The notes under the pieces: model-generated
What the model was told of the DNA's origin: nothing
The model's input: only the letters and a program-made list of their open reading frames with translations
Databases searched by the model: none
Translations under genes and position numbers: made by a program
NCBI GenBank assembly: GCA_039030515.1
Contig: JBCCEA010000003.1
Coordinates: 98,759 to 162,758 of the forward strand
From: Myxococcota bacterium
GTDB taxonomy: Bacteria > Myxococcota_A > Polyangia > Polyangiales > Houyiibacteriaceae
Direction of reading: 5' to 3'
DNA length: 64,000 nt
In this document: positions 9,872-19,595 of the stretch, one piece after another
Position numbering within the stretch: the first letter of the stretch is position 1
Layout of the letters: every line of letters begins with the position of its first letter

Positions 9872-10941
9872 GCGCATAGCTCGTCGTAGACACGCTCGTA
9901 TTGTTGAGCGACGTTTGACGGAGAGCATTCAGTCCGCACGAAGTGTTCCCCTCGTATTCCGAGTGAACGTCGTAGCGTTTCATCCGACAGCATTTGCTCG
10001 AGGCCGTCCGCTACCGCCAAGGGGTCGTGTTCCGTGACATAAGCGCCACCCTCCTCAAGCTCCTCAGCTGCCGTGCCGCGCGTGACGAGCACTGGCCGCT
10101 GCATCGACATCGCTTCGAGTAGCGAAAGCGGATAGTCCATTTTGGCATAGAGTGTTTCGGTGGGAAGAGCGACCACATCGCTCGCTCCAAGCAGCTCATG
10201 AATTTGTTCGACCTCACCCAACCAGTAGACGGGTGCTCCGGCAGGCAGTGTATCCCTGAGCGTGCGCTCAATTTCCGCAGCTTTTTTCGTTTTTGCGCGA
10301 CACGCCATCACCAAAGCAGCCCCCTCTAGCTCCAAAAACGCTTGCAGCATGCAACGCGCGCCCCTTCCGAATTCCAAATCGCCCGGATACACGATCAGTG
10401 GAAGCTCCGCGGGAAGCCCCAGCTTCAGCCGGATACGCATCCGTTCGTCATCTGGCAGTGATGCGAGGGGTTCGATGCAGGGAGGTATCCGGATCAGTCG
10501 TTTTGGATCGATTCCGATATCCACGTATCGCCGCAGAGCTCTTTTCGACAGCACCACGGTTCGCGATGCGAACGTAAGTTGATGCAGATCGGCACGAGGA
10601 TCCGGATCGCTGCACACGGTCTGCACCGAAGGTAGACCTCGAACAGCCGTAACCATCCTCATCAGCGATGAGGTCTTATCATTGGGTGCAAAGAAATAAT
10701 GCAGCACATCCGCATCCTCCGTTGCCAAAATACGATGTACGACGCGCACGCCGTTTCGGATGGTTTGATGCTTGCGGTAAACCGTTAGGGTACGCCCGTT
10801 TGGGACCACATAACCTGTACCTTGGCCCATGACCGTCGGACGGTATCGAGTGAGATGAGACGCAACATTCCTAGTTAAGATGGTACTGCTGTTGGTCCAC
10901 GGTGGAGCTACAGCGCTGGAGATAAATAGTACCGGGCGCAT
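9868..10941 (-). CDS. GT-B glycosyltransferase, family 4
   Basis: 'LLGASDVVALP...PLSLLEAMSMQRPVLVT' and the C-terminal 'AQQYERVY'. Likely start MRPVLFI at 10941 (ORF to 11010). Confidence 0.88.
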   Translation of the reverse strand: MRPVLFISSAVAPPWTNSSTILTRNVASHLTRYRPTVMGQGTGYVVPNGRTLTVYRKHQTIRNGVRVVHRILATEDADVLHYFFAPNDKTSSLMRMVTAVRGLPSVQTVCSDPDPRADLHQLTFASRTVVLSKRALRRYVDIGIDPKRLIRIPPCIEPLASLPDDERMRIRLKLGLPAELPLIVYPGDLEFGRGARCMLQAFLELEGAALVMACRAKTKKAAEIERTLRDTLPAGAPVYWLGEVEQIHELLGASDVVALPTETLYAKMDYPLSLLEAMSMQRPVLVTRGTAAEELEEGGAYVTEHDPLAVADGLEQMLSDETLRRSLGIRGEHFVRTECSPSNVAQQYERVYDELCA

Positions 10942-11013
10942 GAGTGCGGGATACGCATCCACCTCTGCAAACGCAACCTTTACGAAAGCGCGCTTCGGTA
11001 TTAGTACCAAGCC

Positions 11014-11589
11014 ATGGTCGATCAGGCGTCGCGCGGTTCGGGTTCAGCCCCCCCCTCTTCGGAAGAAACCGAGGACGAGACCGGAGAGCGGGGTCGTCGC
11101 CGCCGGGTCGAACGACTGATCCGAGAGGGGATTCGTTCCGTGTTGGAGCGAGGACTCGAGGCGGGCATCGGCACCTTTGCAAAAACCGACAAGGCGATTC
11201 GAGGTGTGGTCGCCGGAGAACTACCCCGAGAACTCGCAAGCTTCGTCTTTGCCCAGGTGGACGAAACGAAAAACGCACTCGTCCGCGTGGTAGCAAGGGA
11301 GGTACGTGAATTTCTCGAGGCGACCGATGTCGCCGCAGAGCTTGGACGCGCCCTCACCGCGCTATCTTTCGAGATCAAAACCGAAATACGCTTTATCCCG
11401 AACGAAGCCGGCTACGCCAAACCAAAAGTGCGTTCCAAAGTGCGCTCGAAGCGGGTCAGCGAAGCTCCTAGAGCAGCCTCAGCGGAGTCAAACTCATCGT
11501 ATCCTGCGGCGGGCTCGGTTGACGGGAGCGATGCGCCGACAGAGGAAAGTCTCTCTCAGACCTCAAATCCCATCCACCCCGACGACTGA
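11014..11589 (+). CDS. Hypothetical protein (helical core, disordered ends)
   Basis: 191-aa ATG ORF, divergent from the GT4 gene; core 'LPRELASFVFAQVDETKNALVRVVAREVREFL'. Confidence 0.7.
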   Translation: MVDQASRGSGSAPPSSEETEDETGERGRRRRVERLIREGIRSVLERGLEAGIGTFAKTDKAIRGVVAGELPRELASFVFAQVDETKNALVRVVAREVREFLEATDVAAELGRALTALSFEIKTEIRFIPNEAGYAKPKVRSKVRSKRVSEAPRAASAESNSSYPAAGSVDGSDAPTEESLSQTSNPIHPDD

Positions 11590-11592
11590 GCT

Positions 11593-12423
11593 CTACTCCT
11601 CGGTGGACTGAGCGGTTGCACGCACGCGACGCACGAGCACCCGTCGCACATGCAGCGGAGTGCGAGGTCGATTGCCCTCCATCTGAGGCACCCTCACCAG
11701 CCGGTAAACGACATCTGCTGGACGACACTGACCGAAGACGATCAGTCGATCATCCTCGTGCTCCGGACGGTAGCTCGGCGATGGGCCGTCGGTAACTACG
11801 AGGTCTGGACCGAGGTGAACTCCCCCGCGCCTGACAAATGCGAGCTGACCGGAACGCTCAAGCTGGCCACCTGCGCTTCCGTCGACGGGCACCGAAACGT
11901 GGACAGAATAAGGGCGGGTGTTCGGTTCGATCTGAAGAAATCCCCCCGGCACTACGCGAGCCACTTCCGCCATTCGGTAGAGCGGTCTTCGAACCCAGCT
12001 GTGGGCGTTGTCGTCCCAATAAGGCCTTGCGCCTCGGGCCAGCCCAACAAAGTGCGCTACCGCGTATGGAGCGTCATCTGCAAAAAGATCACAGCGCAGC
12101 GTACCGAGGTCGGTGATAATTTCGGCGATCAGGATCCCCTCCCCCTCGACTCCTTTGGTCGCGTCGGAAAGCGAAAAGTCGCCGTGCATCGGGTCGGGCA
12201 AACGAGGCTCTCGGCGACTGGACCGCGGCTGTGGCTCCGGCTGCTTGTTCACGCCTGAAGCGATCACCCGAAGTCCATCGATCGAGAACTCATCAGGTCG
12301 AGCGGTCCTCGTCGGTTGCTCAGCTTGGTAGCCTTTAGCGATCTCGATGCCCTCGCAGCCAAAAACACCTGCAAGCATCAGAGCGATACCCCAAAGCACA
12401 TTCACTGAACGCAATTGCGCCAT
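11593..12423 (-). CDS. Cyclophilin-type PPIase-like lipoprotein (degenerate)
   Basis: Lipobox VFGC; 'ITDLGTLRCDLFADDAPYAVAHFVGLARG' and 'IVFGQC' are cyclophilin motifs. Confidence 0.75.
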   Translation of the reverse strand: MAQLRSVNVLWGIALMLAGVFGCEGIEIAKGYQAEQPTRTARPDEFSIDGLRVIASGVNKQPEPQPRSSRREPRLPDPMHGDFSLSDATKGVEGEGILIAEIITDLGTLRCDLFADDAPYAVAHFVGLARGARPYWDDNAHSWVRRPLYRMAEVARVVPGGFLQIEPNTRPYSVHVSVPVDGSAGGQLERSGQLAFVRRGGVHLGPDLVVTDGPSPSYRPEHEDDRLIVFGQCRPADVVYRLVRVPQMEGNRPRTPLHVRRVLVRRVRATAQSTEE

Positions 12424-12523
12424 CTTCTCATGAGGAACGTCTAGCCCTCAACGTCTCGCGGGCCAGCGCTCTTCGTACCGCGATACGAGCGTTATTGAAT
12501 CCGGCCGCGTACACTGAGCGGGC

Positions 12524-14053
12524 ATGGGCACTCGATTGGGAACTGTGTCTCTCGTAGGAGCAGGTCCAGGAGATCCTGAGCTCATCACTTGGCGTGGCAG
12601 GCGAAGATTGGCAGCCGCCGATCTTGTCCTTTTCGATGCGCTTATCCATCCAGACCTCATCGAAGAATCCCCAAAGCACGCCGAGAGGATTTCGGTTGGA
12701 ACGAACTCAGGGTGCAGCGGAAGGCCGCCGGATATCACCGGGCGTCTTATCGAGGGAGCCCGTGCTGGCTTGAATGTGGTGCGCCTCATGGCAGGCGACC
12801 CCTTCCTCTTTGATCGAGGATTTGAGGAAGTTGAAGCGCTGCAGGATGCGTCGATCCCTTTCGAGCTCATTCCGGGGGTGACTTCGCCTTTGGCGGCTAC
12901 GGCTTACGCTGGGCTCTTACTGACAACTGGAGAGCGCAGTTCGAGCGTGGCCTTCATTTCTGCGACCCAATCGCCCGAAAAAGACCGCAGTTTCACCGAA
13001 TGGCAGCGACTCGCCACGGCAACCGAAACGCTTGTGGTCCTGATGAACACGTCCGATCTCGCCCCCCTCATGCAGCTACTTCAGCATCACGGACGGCCGG
13101 GCGACACCCCCGCGGCGGTGGTTCAATGCGCATCCACGCCGCGCCAGCACACCGCTACCGGAACGGTGGCCACCCTCGCAGACCTTGCGGAGAATTCCAG
13201 AATCCAACTCCCAGCGCTTGTTATCGTGGGTCATCCAGCTTGCGTCCGAGAGCGGTTTCGCTGGTACGACGTTCAACCGTTGTTCGGCAAGCGGGTGCTG
13301 GTAACCCGTCCATCACACCAATCGGCAGAGCTCTCCCGCGCCTTACGTGAGGCCGGAGCTGAGCCGATCGAGTGTCCTTTGATCGCGATCTGCGACCCAG
13401 TTAATTCTGGTCCCCTGGAGCGGGCGGTTCAGGAGCTTGGAACATACGCATGGGCCGTATTCACGAGCGCCAACGGAGTGCATCGACTTTTCGGCGAACT
13501 AAGTCGGGTGCACAAAGACGCACGTCAATTCGGCAACGCATGCATCGCCGCGATCGGTCCCAAGACAGCGGCCGCTCTGCAGGAGTACTCGATCCAAGCG
13601 GATGTCGTGCCGGAGGAGTATCGGGGAGAAGCCGTTGCCGCTGCAATCCTCGCTCAAGGACCGATCGCAGGGCAACGTGTTTTGCTGGCACGTGCCGCAG
13701 TAGCGCGAGAGATACTTCCTCAGACGCTGCGAGCTGCGGGAGCACAGGTAGACGTGGTCGCTGCCTACCGCACCGAAAGTCTATCCACGCAGCATATGTA
13801 TCGCTTACGGAACTATCTAGAAGAGGGGACCATCGATATCGCGACCTTCACGTCCTCGTCGACAGTATCTAGTATGATTCATGCACTGGGTGCGGACGTC
13901 GTCTCGTTGCTCGAGCCTTCCTGCGTTGCCGCTATCGGACCGATTACCGCCGAAACCGCGCGGAACTCCGGTATCCGCGTGGACGTCGTCGCCTCGGATT
14001 ACACCGTCGAAGGGCTGGTCGATGCGTTGCGCGACCACTATACCTCGGCATGA
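12524..14053 (+). CDS. cobA: Uroporphyrinogen-III C-methyltransferase / uroporphyrinogen-III synthase fusion (CobA-HemD)
   Basis: LVGAGPGDPELIT, GDPF and IPGVTS motifs, then PLFGKRVLVTRP, FTSANGV, IGPKTA and FTSSSTV. Confidence 0.93.
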   Translation: MGTRLGTVSLVGAGPGDPELITWRGRRRLAAADLVLFDALIHPDLIEESPKHAERISVGTNSGCSGRPPDITGRLIEGARAGLNVVRLMAGDPFLFDRGFEEVEALQDASIPFELIPGVTSPLAATAYAGLLLTTGERSSSVAFISATQSPEKDRSFTEWQRLATATETLVVLMNTSDLAPLMQLLQHHGRPGDTPAAVVQCASTPRQHTATGTVATLADLAENSRIQLPALVIVGHPACVRERFRWYDVQPLFGKRVLVTRPSHQSAELSRALREAGAEPIECPLIAICDPVNSGPLERAVQELGTYAWAVFTSANGVHRLFGELSRVHKDARQFGNACIAAIGPKTAAALQEYSIQADVVPEEYRGEAVAAAILAQGPIAGQRVLLARAAVAREILPQTLRAAGAQVDVVAAYRTESLSTQHMYRLRNYLEEGTIDIATFTSSSTVSSMIHALGADVVSLLEPSCVAAIGPITAETARNSGIRVDVVASDYTVEGLVDALRDHYTSA

Positions 14054-14601
14054 AGCGCTCTTCGCAACGATTCTCAACGGTATCAGCCGCAGTCGACAGG
14101 ATGTGCGTTTTCGTCCACGGGTTGAGGCTTGCATCGCCAAAGCATCACTCGATGTCGACCTCATCCGGCCCGAAAGGCGCCTCTCCTTCGACCCTCGCGA
14201 CCCACATCAGACACGCGTCAGTCGGAACCTTCCTTGCGCTCTCGCTCGCCGCCTCGGGATGCGGTGAAGCAGATGCCCAGGGTGTCGAGGACGTAACCCT
14301 GTTCGATCTACCAAGCGCTGGCGAAGACGAATGGGGCATTTGGCAGAGCAACACCGAGGGGGCTCCTTGGTTTCGCTACCGTGGCGGAGCTCGATTGCGC
14401 ATCGAGCATGCACTCGGCAGGGTTCCAAGAATTGTGCTTCTCTACGTGTCGTTTTCAGAGGAAGGTATCGACCCCGACACCGGCGCAACCGCTGGACTTG
14501 CAGCCGGAGACATGGCGCGGATCCTCGAAGTGAGCGATCAAACCGTCACGGTGCACAACGATACCAACGCGAATATGTTCGCTCGAATGGTGCTTCACTG
14601 A
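14050..14601 (+). CDS. Hypothetical lipoprotein
   Basis: Overlaps the cobA stop (ATGA); lipobox-like LAASGC. The true start may be internal (~14152). Confidence 0.6.
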   Translation: MKRSSQRFSTVSAAVDRMCVFVHGLRLASPKHHSMSTSSGPKGASPSTLATHIRHASVGTFLALSLAASGCGEADAQGVEDVTLFDLPSAGEDEWGIWQSNTEGAPWFRYRGGARLRIEHALGRVPRIVLLYVSFSEEGIDPDTGATAGLAAGDMARILEVSDQTVTVHNDTNANMFARMVLH

Positions 14602-15089
14602 ATACGCAGCGGTTCGAGTTGGACTCCGCAGGGCTCATGGCAGAAGCCAATATTCGCCTGGGCGCGGGATGTATTCTTCTTGGTGCAGGCTCTTGGTGGG
14701 CGCTTCTTCAGCCGGGATTTGCCGCCTGGACTCTGATTTTGGTGGCTTGGCTTGCCGCACTCGGTTCGTTTGTGGCTTTTTTTAGGGGTCGTCGGCAACT
14801 CCGCGGCGCACCAGACTGTTTCCTCGAGCTGGGAGACTCGGAGATGATCGTAGCAACCGAGCGCACGACCACCACCGTTCCCTGGGGGGAGGTAGAAGCC
14901 ATTGTCGTCGATGAAGAGCTCCTTTGTGTACGCGTGCAGCGAACGAATCAACAGGAAGATCTCGTTATCCGATCGAGATACCGCGATACCGGGGTCTACG
15001 CGCTACAAAGCGCCATCCACACGCACTGGAAACGGGCTCAACAACGAGGCGATCAGCGGAAGAGTGCACCGCGACCGCACCGCAGCTAG
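14598..15089 (+). CDS. Hypothetical membrane protein (2 TM plus a PH-like beta domain)
   Basis: 3' part of ORF 14331-15089: two hydrophobic helices, then 'TTVPWGEVEAI'. Start uncertain. Confidence 0.55.
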   Translation: MNTQRFELDSAGLMAEANIRLGAGCILLGAGSWWALLQPGFAAWTLILVAWLAALGSFVAFFRGRRQLRGAPDCFLELGDSEMIVATERTTTTVPWGEVEAIVVDEELLCVRVQRTNQQEDLVIRSRYRDTGVYALQSAIHTHWKRAQQRGDQRKSAPRPHRS

Positions 15090-15104
15090 TATCCTGCCGG
15101 CATC

Positions 15105-15434
15105 ATGTCGTTCGAAAACGAAGACGAAACCGGAGTGGCGACCCAAGCTCTCCCAAAAGAAAAGGTCAAGAGACCTCGGCTGTACAAAGTACTGATGCAC
15201 AACGACGACTACACAACACGCGAGTTCGTCGTGTACGTGTTGCAAAGCATCTTTAGAAAAACCGAACAGGAAGCCGTTCGAATCATGCTCCACGTGCATC
15301 AACACGGAACGGGCGTTGCCGGGCTTTACAGCCGGGAAATAGCAGAAACAAAGCTGAAAAAAGCCGAGCGCCTCGCTCAATCTCAAGACTATCCGCTGCG
15401 GCTCTCAATGGAACCCGAAGGAGACGAAGACTAA
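15105..15434 (+). CDS. clpS: ATP-dependent Clp protease adaptor ClpS
   Basis: YKVLMHNDDYTTREFVV...MLHVH...EIAETK; immediately upstream of clpA. Confidence 0.97.
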   Translation: MSFENEDETGVATQALPKEKVKRPRLYKVLMHNDDYTTREFVVYVLQSIFRKTEQEAVRIMLHVHQHGTGVAGLYSREIAETKLKKAERLAQSQDYPLRLSMEPEGDED

Positions 15435-15436
15435 AC

Positions 15437-17713
15437 GTGCCGCAGCCCATTCTCACTCGAGAGCTACAAGCCAGCCTGCGCAAAGCATTCGATGAAGCTG
15501 CTCGATTACGTCATGAGTACGTGACCCTTGAGCATCTGCTTCTCGCTCTATTGGAGGACCCAAAGGCCAGAGAAGCGATCGAGCAGTGCGGAGGCGACAT
15601 CGAAAAAATTCGCAGAGGCCTTTTGGTATTTTTCGAAAACCACCTCACCTCACTGCGTATCGATACGGAAGAAGAGCCGCAATCCACCGTTCCCGTAGAG
15701 CGCGTACTTCAACGAGCCGCGATTCACGCGATTTCCTCCGAGATGAAGTACATCGACGGCGCCAGCGTGTTGATACAGCTCTTCAAGGAAGAAGACACCC
15801 AAGCGGTCTATCTGCTGGAACGGGAAGGTCTCGACGTGCTTTCGCTGAAACACTTCGTTTCGCACGGAGAAACTCCCTTTCGAGCGGAGGAGTCGTCTGC
15901 GGAAGACGACGTTGAGGAGGAAGAGGAAGCACCGAGGAAACAGGACCCACTCGAAGCGTTTGCCACTGAACTTGTGGAAGAGGCCGAGCAAGGGCGAATC
16001 GATCCGCTCGTGGGAAGACAGGAGGAACTGCATCGCACCGTTCAGGTGCTGTGCCGTCGTAGAAAGAACAATCCGGTGTTCGTGGGAGAGCCTGGAGTCG
16101 GAAAAACGGCACTTGCCGAAGGCTTGGCACTGCGGATTCATCGCGGAGAGGTACCTTCAGTCCTCGAGGGCGCCCGGGTCTTCTCTCTCGATATGGGCGT
16201 GCTCCTGGCAGGCACCAAATTTCGAGGGCAGTTCGAAGAGCGCTTGAAAGCGGTAGTCAAACGCATTCAAGAGATCGACAACGCCATTTTATTCATCGAC
16301 GAAATTCACACCATCGTGGGAGCCGGTGCGACCACGGGCAGTTCCATGGATGCGTCGAACATCCTCAAGCCCGCACTCGCGTCTGGCAAGCTCCGATGTA
16401 TCGGTTCCACCACGTTCGTCGATTTCAAACACATCGAACGGGACCGAGCCCTTTCCAGGCGATTCCAGAAAATAGAGATTAAGGAGCCTACGGTCGAGGA
16501 AACCGTCGCAATTTTAGAGGGACTGCGCGAGCGTTACGAGACCCACCACGCGGTCACCTACGAGGAGGGCACGTTCGAGACGGCGGCGCGACTCGCGCAC
16601 AAACACCTCCTAGAGCGTTTTCTCCCGGACAAGGCGATCGATGTAATCGATGAGGCCGGATCCTTAGACCAACTGCGTTCTGAACCCACTGGATGCGTCC
16701 AGATCAAGGACATCCAAACGGTGGTAAGCTCCATCGCGCGAATTCCTCTGGAAACGGTGTCGAGCGAGGAACGAGCTCAAATTCGGGATCTGGAGCCCGA
16801 GCTCAAAAAGGTGATCTTTGGACAGGACGACGCGGTCGAAAAGTTGGTTCAGTCGATCATGCTTTCCCGTGCGGGATTAAGGGCTAGCGACAAACCGATC
16901 GGTTCTTTTCTATTCGCTGGTCCTACCGGCGTGGGCAAGACCGAGCTCGCAAAGCAACTCGCCCGAATCCTCGGGATCAAACTCGTGCGATTCGACATGA
17001 GTGAATATGGAGAACGGCATTCTGTTTCTCGACTCATCGGCGCTCCCCCCGGGTATGTAGGTTTCGATCAAGGCGGTCTGCTCACCGACGCCGTTCGCCA
17101 AAGCCCCCACAGCGTCGTCGTCCTCGACGAAATCGAGAAAGCACACCCAGAACTCTTTAACATCCTCCTACAGGTGATGGATCGAGCGACCTTGACCGAC
17201 AACAACGGTCGTGCATCCGACTTTAGAAACGTTGTGTTGCTGCTTACAACCAATGCAGGGGCCTTCGAAGCAGCTCAAAACACCGTGGGGTTCTCGGCGG
17301 CACTCGAGGGTTCAGAGGACCATTCACGCGCCAGGCAAGCCATCGAAAGGACCTTCACCCCAGAGTTTCGTAATCGACTTGATGCCACCCTCTACTTTCG
17401 CGGACTTTCACCTTCGATCATTCGCAAAGTTGCCGAAAAAGAGGTTTCAATCCTTGCCGACCAGCTCCGAGAAAAGGGAGTCCATCTCGAACTCGATGAA
17501 GAGGCGTATATCTGGCTCACAAAACATGGCTACGATCGCAAGTTCGGAGCGCGTCCTATGACCAGACTGGTCGAAACCGAACTAAAGCTACCGATCGCGA
17601 AGGCTCTTGTTTTTGATCAAGTGAGCAAAGGTTCAAACGTCAAAGTACGCTGTACGAATAACAAGCTGGACCTAAATTTCTATAACACCAAAGCCTTTTC
17701 GACTGATCAATAG
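15437..17713 (+). CDS. clpA: ATP-dependent Clp protease ATP-binding subunit ClpA
   Basis: Two AAA+ modules ([16 protein letters not shown]); [12 protein letters not shown]-domain; no ClpB middle domain; VGF ClpP-docking loop. Confidence 0.96.
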   Translation: MPQPILTRELQASLRKAFDEAARLRHEYVTLEHLLLALLEDPKAREAIEQCGGDIEKIRRGLLVFFENHLTSLRIDTEEEPQSTVPVERVLQRAAIHAISSEMKYIDGASVLIQLFKEEDTQAVYLLEREGLDVLSLKHFVSHGETPFRAEESSAEDDVEEEEEAPRKQDPLEAFATELVEEAEQGRIDPLVGRQEELHRTVQVLCRRRKNNPVFVGEPGVGKTALAEGLALRIHRGEVPSVLEGARVFSLDMGVLLAGTKFRGQFEERLKAVVKRIQEIDNAILFIDEIHTIVGAGATTGSSMDASNILKPALASGKLRCIGSTTFVDFKHIERDRALSRRFQKIEIKEPTVEETVAILEGLRERYETHHAVTYEEGTFETAARLAHKHLLERFLPDKAIDVIDEAGSLDQLRSEPTGCVQIKDIQTVVSSIARIPLETVSSEERAQIRDLEPELKKVIFGQDDAVEKLVQSIMLSRAGLRASDKPIGSFLFAGPTGVGKTELAKQLARILGIKLVRFDMSEYGERHSVSRLIGAPPGYVGFDQGGLLTDAVRQSPHSVVVLDEIEKAHPELFNILLQVMDRATLTDNNGRASDFRNVVLLLTTNAGAFEAAQNTVGFSAALEGSEDHSRARQAIERTFTPEFRNRLDATLYFRGLSPSIIRKVAEKEVSILADQLREKGVHLELDEEAYIWLTKHGYDRKFGARPMTRLVETELKLPIAKALVFDQVSKGSNVKVRCTNNKLDLNFYNTKAFSTDQ

Positions 17714-17822
17714 CAAAATGTCCATTTTGAGGCTTTCTATCCATTGAGATTTGCCGCAGAAGCACGGGAGCCTTGTCGATCGGAAAATCCGTTCTTAGTC
17801 GAGGTCACTAAGCCGGAGGCTC

Positions 17823-18536
17823 GTGTATTTACTCAGCGACGAACTTTCTTTTCCTGCGCCAGAATCGGCAAGTCCTGAAGGCATCGTAGCCATCGGCGGA
17901 GACGTATCTCGTCAAAGGCTGCTGCTCGCCTACCGAATGGGTATTTTTCCTTGGCCAGTTCGAGATTTGCCCCTGCTTTGGTTTTCTCCCGACCCGCGAT
18001 TCGTTTTGGAACCAAATAGTTTCCACCTGTCGAGATCGCTTCGAAAGACCCTGAAACGCGAGCAGTTTCACATCACCTTTGATCAACGCTTCAAAGATGT
18101 GATTCAGGCATGTGCCGATACCAAGCGGACCAATCAGCAGGGAACCTGGATCACAAAAGACTTGATCAGCGGATATTTGCAGCTCCACAGAGAAGGATAT
18201 GCCCACTCAGTAGAGGCATGGCAAGACGACGAGCTTGTCGGGGGGCTGTACGGTGTTTCCCTCGGCTCCGCGTTCTTTGGTGAATCGATGTTTTCTAAGA
18301 AACAAGAAGCATCGAAAGTCGCATTTTCCGTTTTGGTCGCGCATCTCAAAGAATGGAACTTTGAGATTATCGACTGCCAGGTCAAAACCGATCACCTCGC
18401 TCTATTCGGCGCTGTCGAATGGTCTCGAAAAAAATTTCTAAACGCGTTGAACCGCTGTCTGGACGCTAAGACACGAGCGAGGCCTTGGATTCGGGAGCTC
18501 TCCCTCGCACACACCCTTCACATACTAACCACTTAG
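17823..18536 (+). CDS. aat: Leucyl/phenylalanyl-tRNA--protein transferase
   Basis: AYRMGIFPW, WFSPDPR, GTWIT, AHSVEAW, GGLYGV, FFGESMFS and IDCQ motifs. Confidence 0.96.
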   Translation: MYLLSDELSFPAPESASPEGIVAIGGDVSRQRLLLAYRMGIFPWPVRDLPLLWFSPDPRFVLEPNSFHLSRSLRKTLKREQFHITFDQRFKDVIQACADTKRTNQQGTWITKDLISGYLQLHREGYAHSVEAWQDDELVGGLYGVSLGSAFFGESMFSKKQEASKVAFSVLVAHLKEWNFEIIDCQVKTDHLALFGAVEWSRKKFLNALNRCLDAKTRARPWIRELSLAHTLHILTT

Positions 18537-18623
18537 CGAACGCACTTACCTCCCCCGCAACAACTACGTTTTCTTCTCCGCAGCTCCTGGTCAAGGAATC
18601 CGTTCCCCCGCCGTAACACTCTT

Positions 18624-19595
18624 TTGATGACCCAAACCGCCTCCCAGATTCCCTCCCCGGCGAGGAGCAGCGATCTTGCCGAGACGATCGTGGAGGAGCT
18701 TTGGTTCGGAGACGAAGACCCAAAGCGAACCTCCCAGGAGGCTTCAGAGTCTATGGCTGCTGTGATGGCGTCCACGGTGGGTTTGAAGCCCTTTCCCGCC
18801 ATCGCGACCAGGATCATTCAGCTTACAGGAGAGCCCAACGTGGGGGTCGTAGACATCCGCGAGGAGATAGAAACCGACGCGGCCGTTGCTTCTCGTCTCC
18901 TTCGAATCGCCAACTCTCCTATGTACGCGGCTCGGATGCCGTGTGGCAGCATCGATGATGCCGTTCGACGTCTGGGTTTTGCGGCTGTACGTGACATCGT
19001 CGCCGGCATAGCCGCGATGGCGATGTTTGACGACCTCTCCGGACTCGGTCAGTCGTTTCGTGATCACGCCGCCGGAGTCGCCGCCATAGTTCGTATCCTC
19101 GCCCTTGAGACACGCTACAAGCGCTCTTCGGATCTTTTCCTTTGTGCGTTGTTACACGACATTGGAAAACTCATGTCTCTTCAGGTGAACGAAGTTCCCT
19201 ACGAAACTTTTGATCCAGAGGTCTTTGAGAGTCCCGACAGACTCCACACTATCGAGCGACAAGTTACAGGCTACGATCATGCCGTGCTCGGAGCTCATGT
19301 GTTGGCACGGTGGAATCTGCCTCGAGATGTGTGTCGAACTGTCGCATGGCATCATCAGCCTGGACGCGCCTACGCCGAAGGGGGGGATACTGCAGTCATG
19401 GTGGCGCTTCTCAGAGTTGCCAACGGCATCGAATACCAAATCCAAAAAGACCACGAATACAGTGCAGAGTTCGCTACGGAACTCACCAAGAACTCCGCAT
19501 GGCAGTACCTCGGACTATCTTTGGAAGTGTTCGAAGCGATGTGGAGCAAACTCATAGAGGCCCATCACGAAGTGGTTCAGGTGCTCTGCGACTAA
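18624..19595 (+). CDS. HDOD domain protein
   Basis: LKPFP...RLLRIANSP...AVRRLG, LLHDIGK, GYDHAVLG...WNLP...HHQP. Confidence 0.92.
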   Translation: MMTQTASQIPSPARSSDLAETIVEELWFGDEDPKRTSQEASESMAAVMASTVGLKPFPAIATRIIQLTGEPNVGVVDIREEIETDAAVASRLLRIANSPMYAARMPCGSIDDAVRRLGFAAVRDIVAGIAAMAMFDDLSGLGQSFRDHAAGVAAIVRILALETRYKRSSDLFLCALLHDIGKLMSLQVNEVPYETFDPEVFESPDRLHTIERQVTGYDHAVLGAHVLARWNLPRDVCRTVAWHHQPGRAYAEGGDTAVMVALLRVANGIEYQIQKDHEYSAEFATELTKNSAWQYLGLSLEVFEAMWSKLIEAHHEVVQVLCD

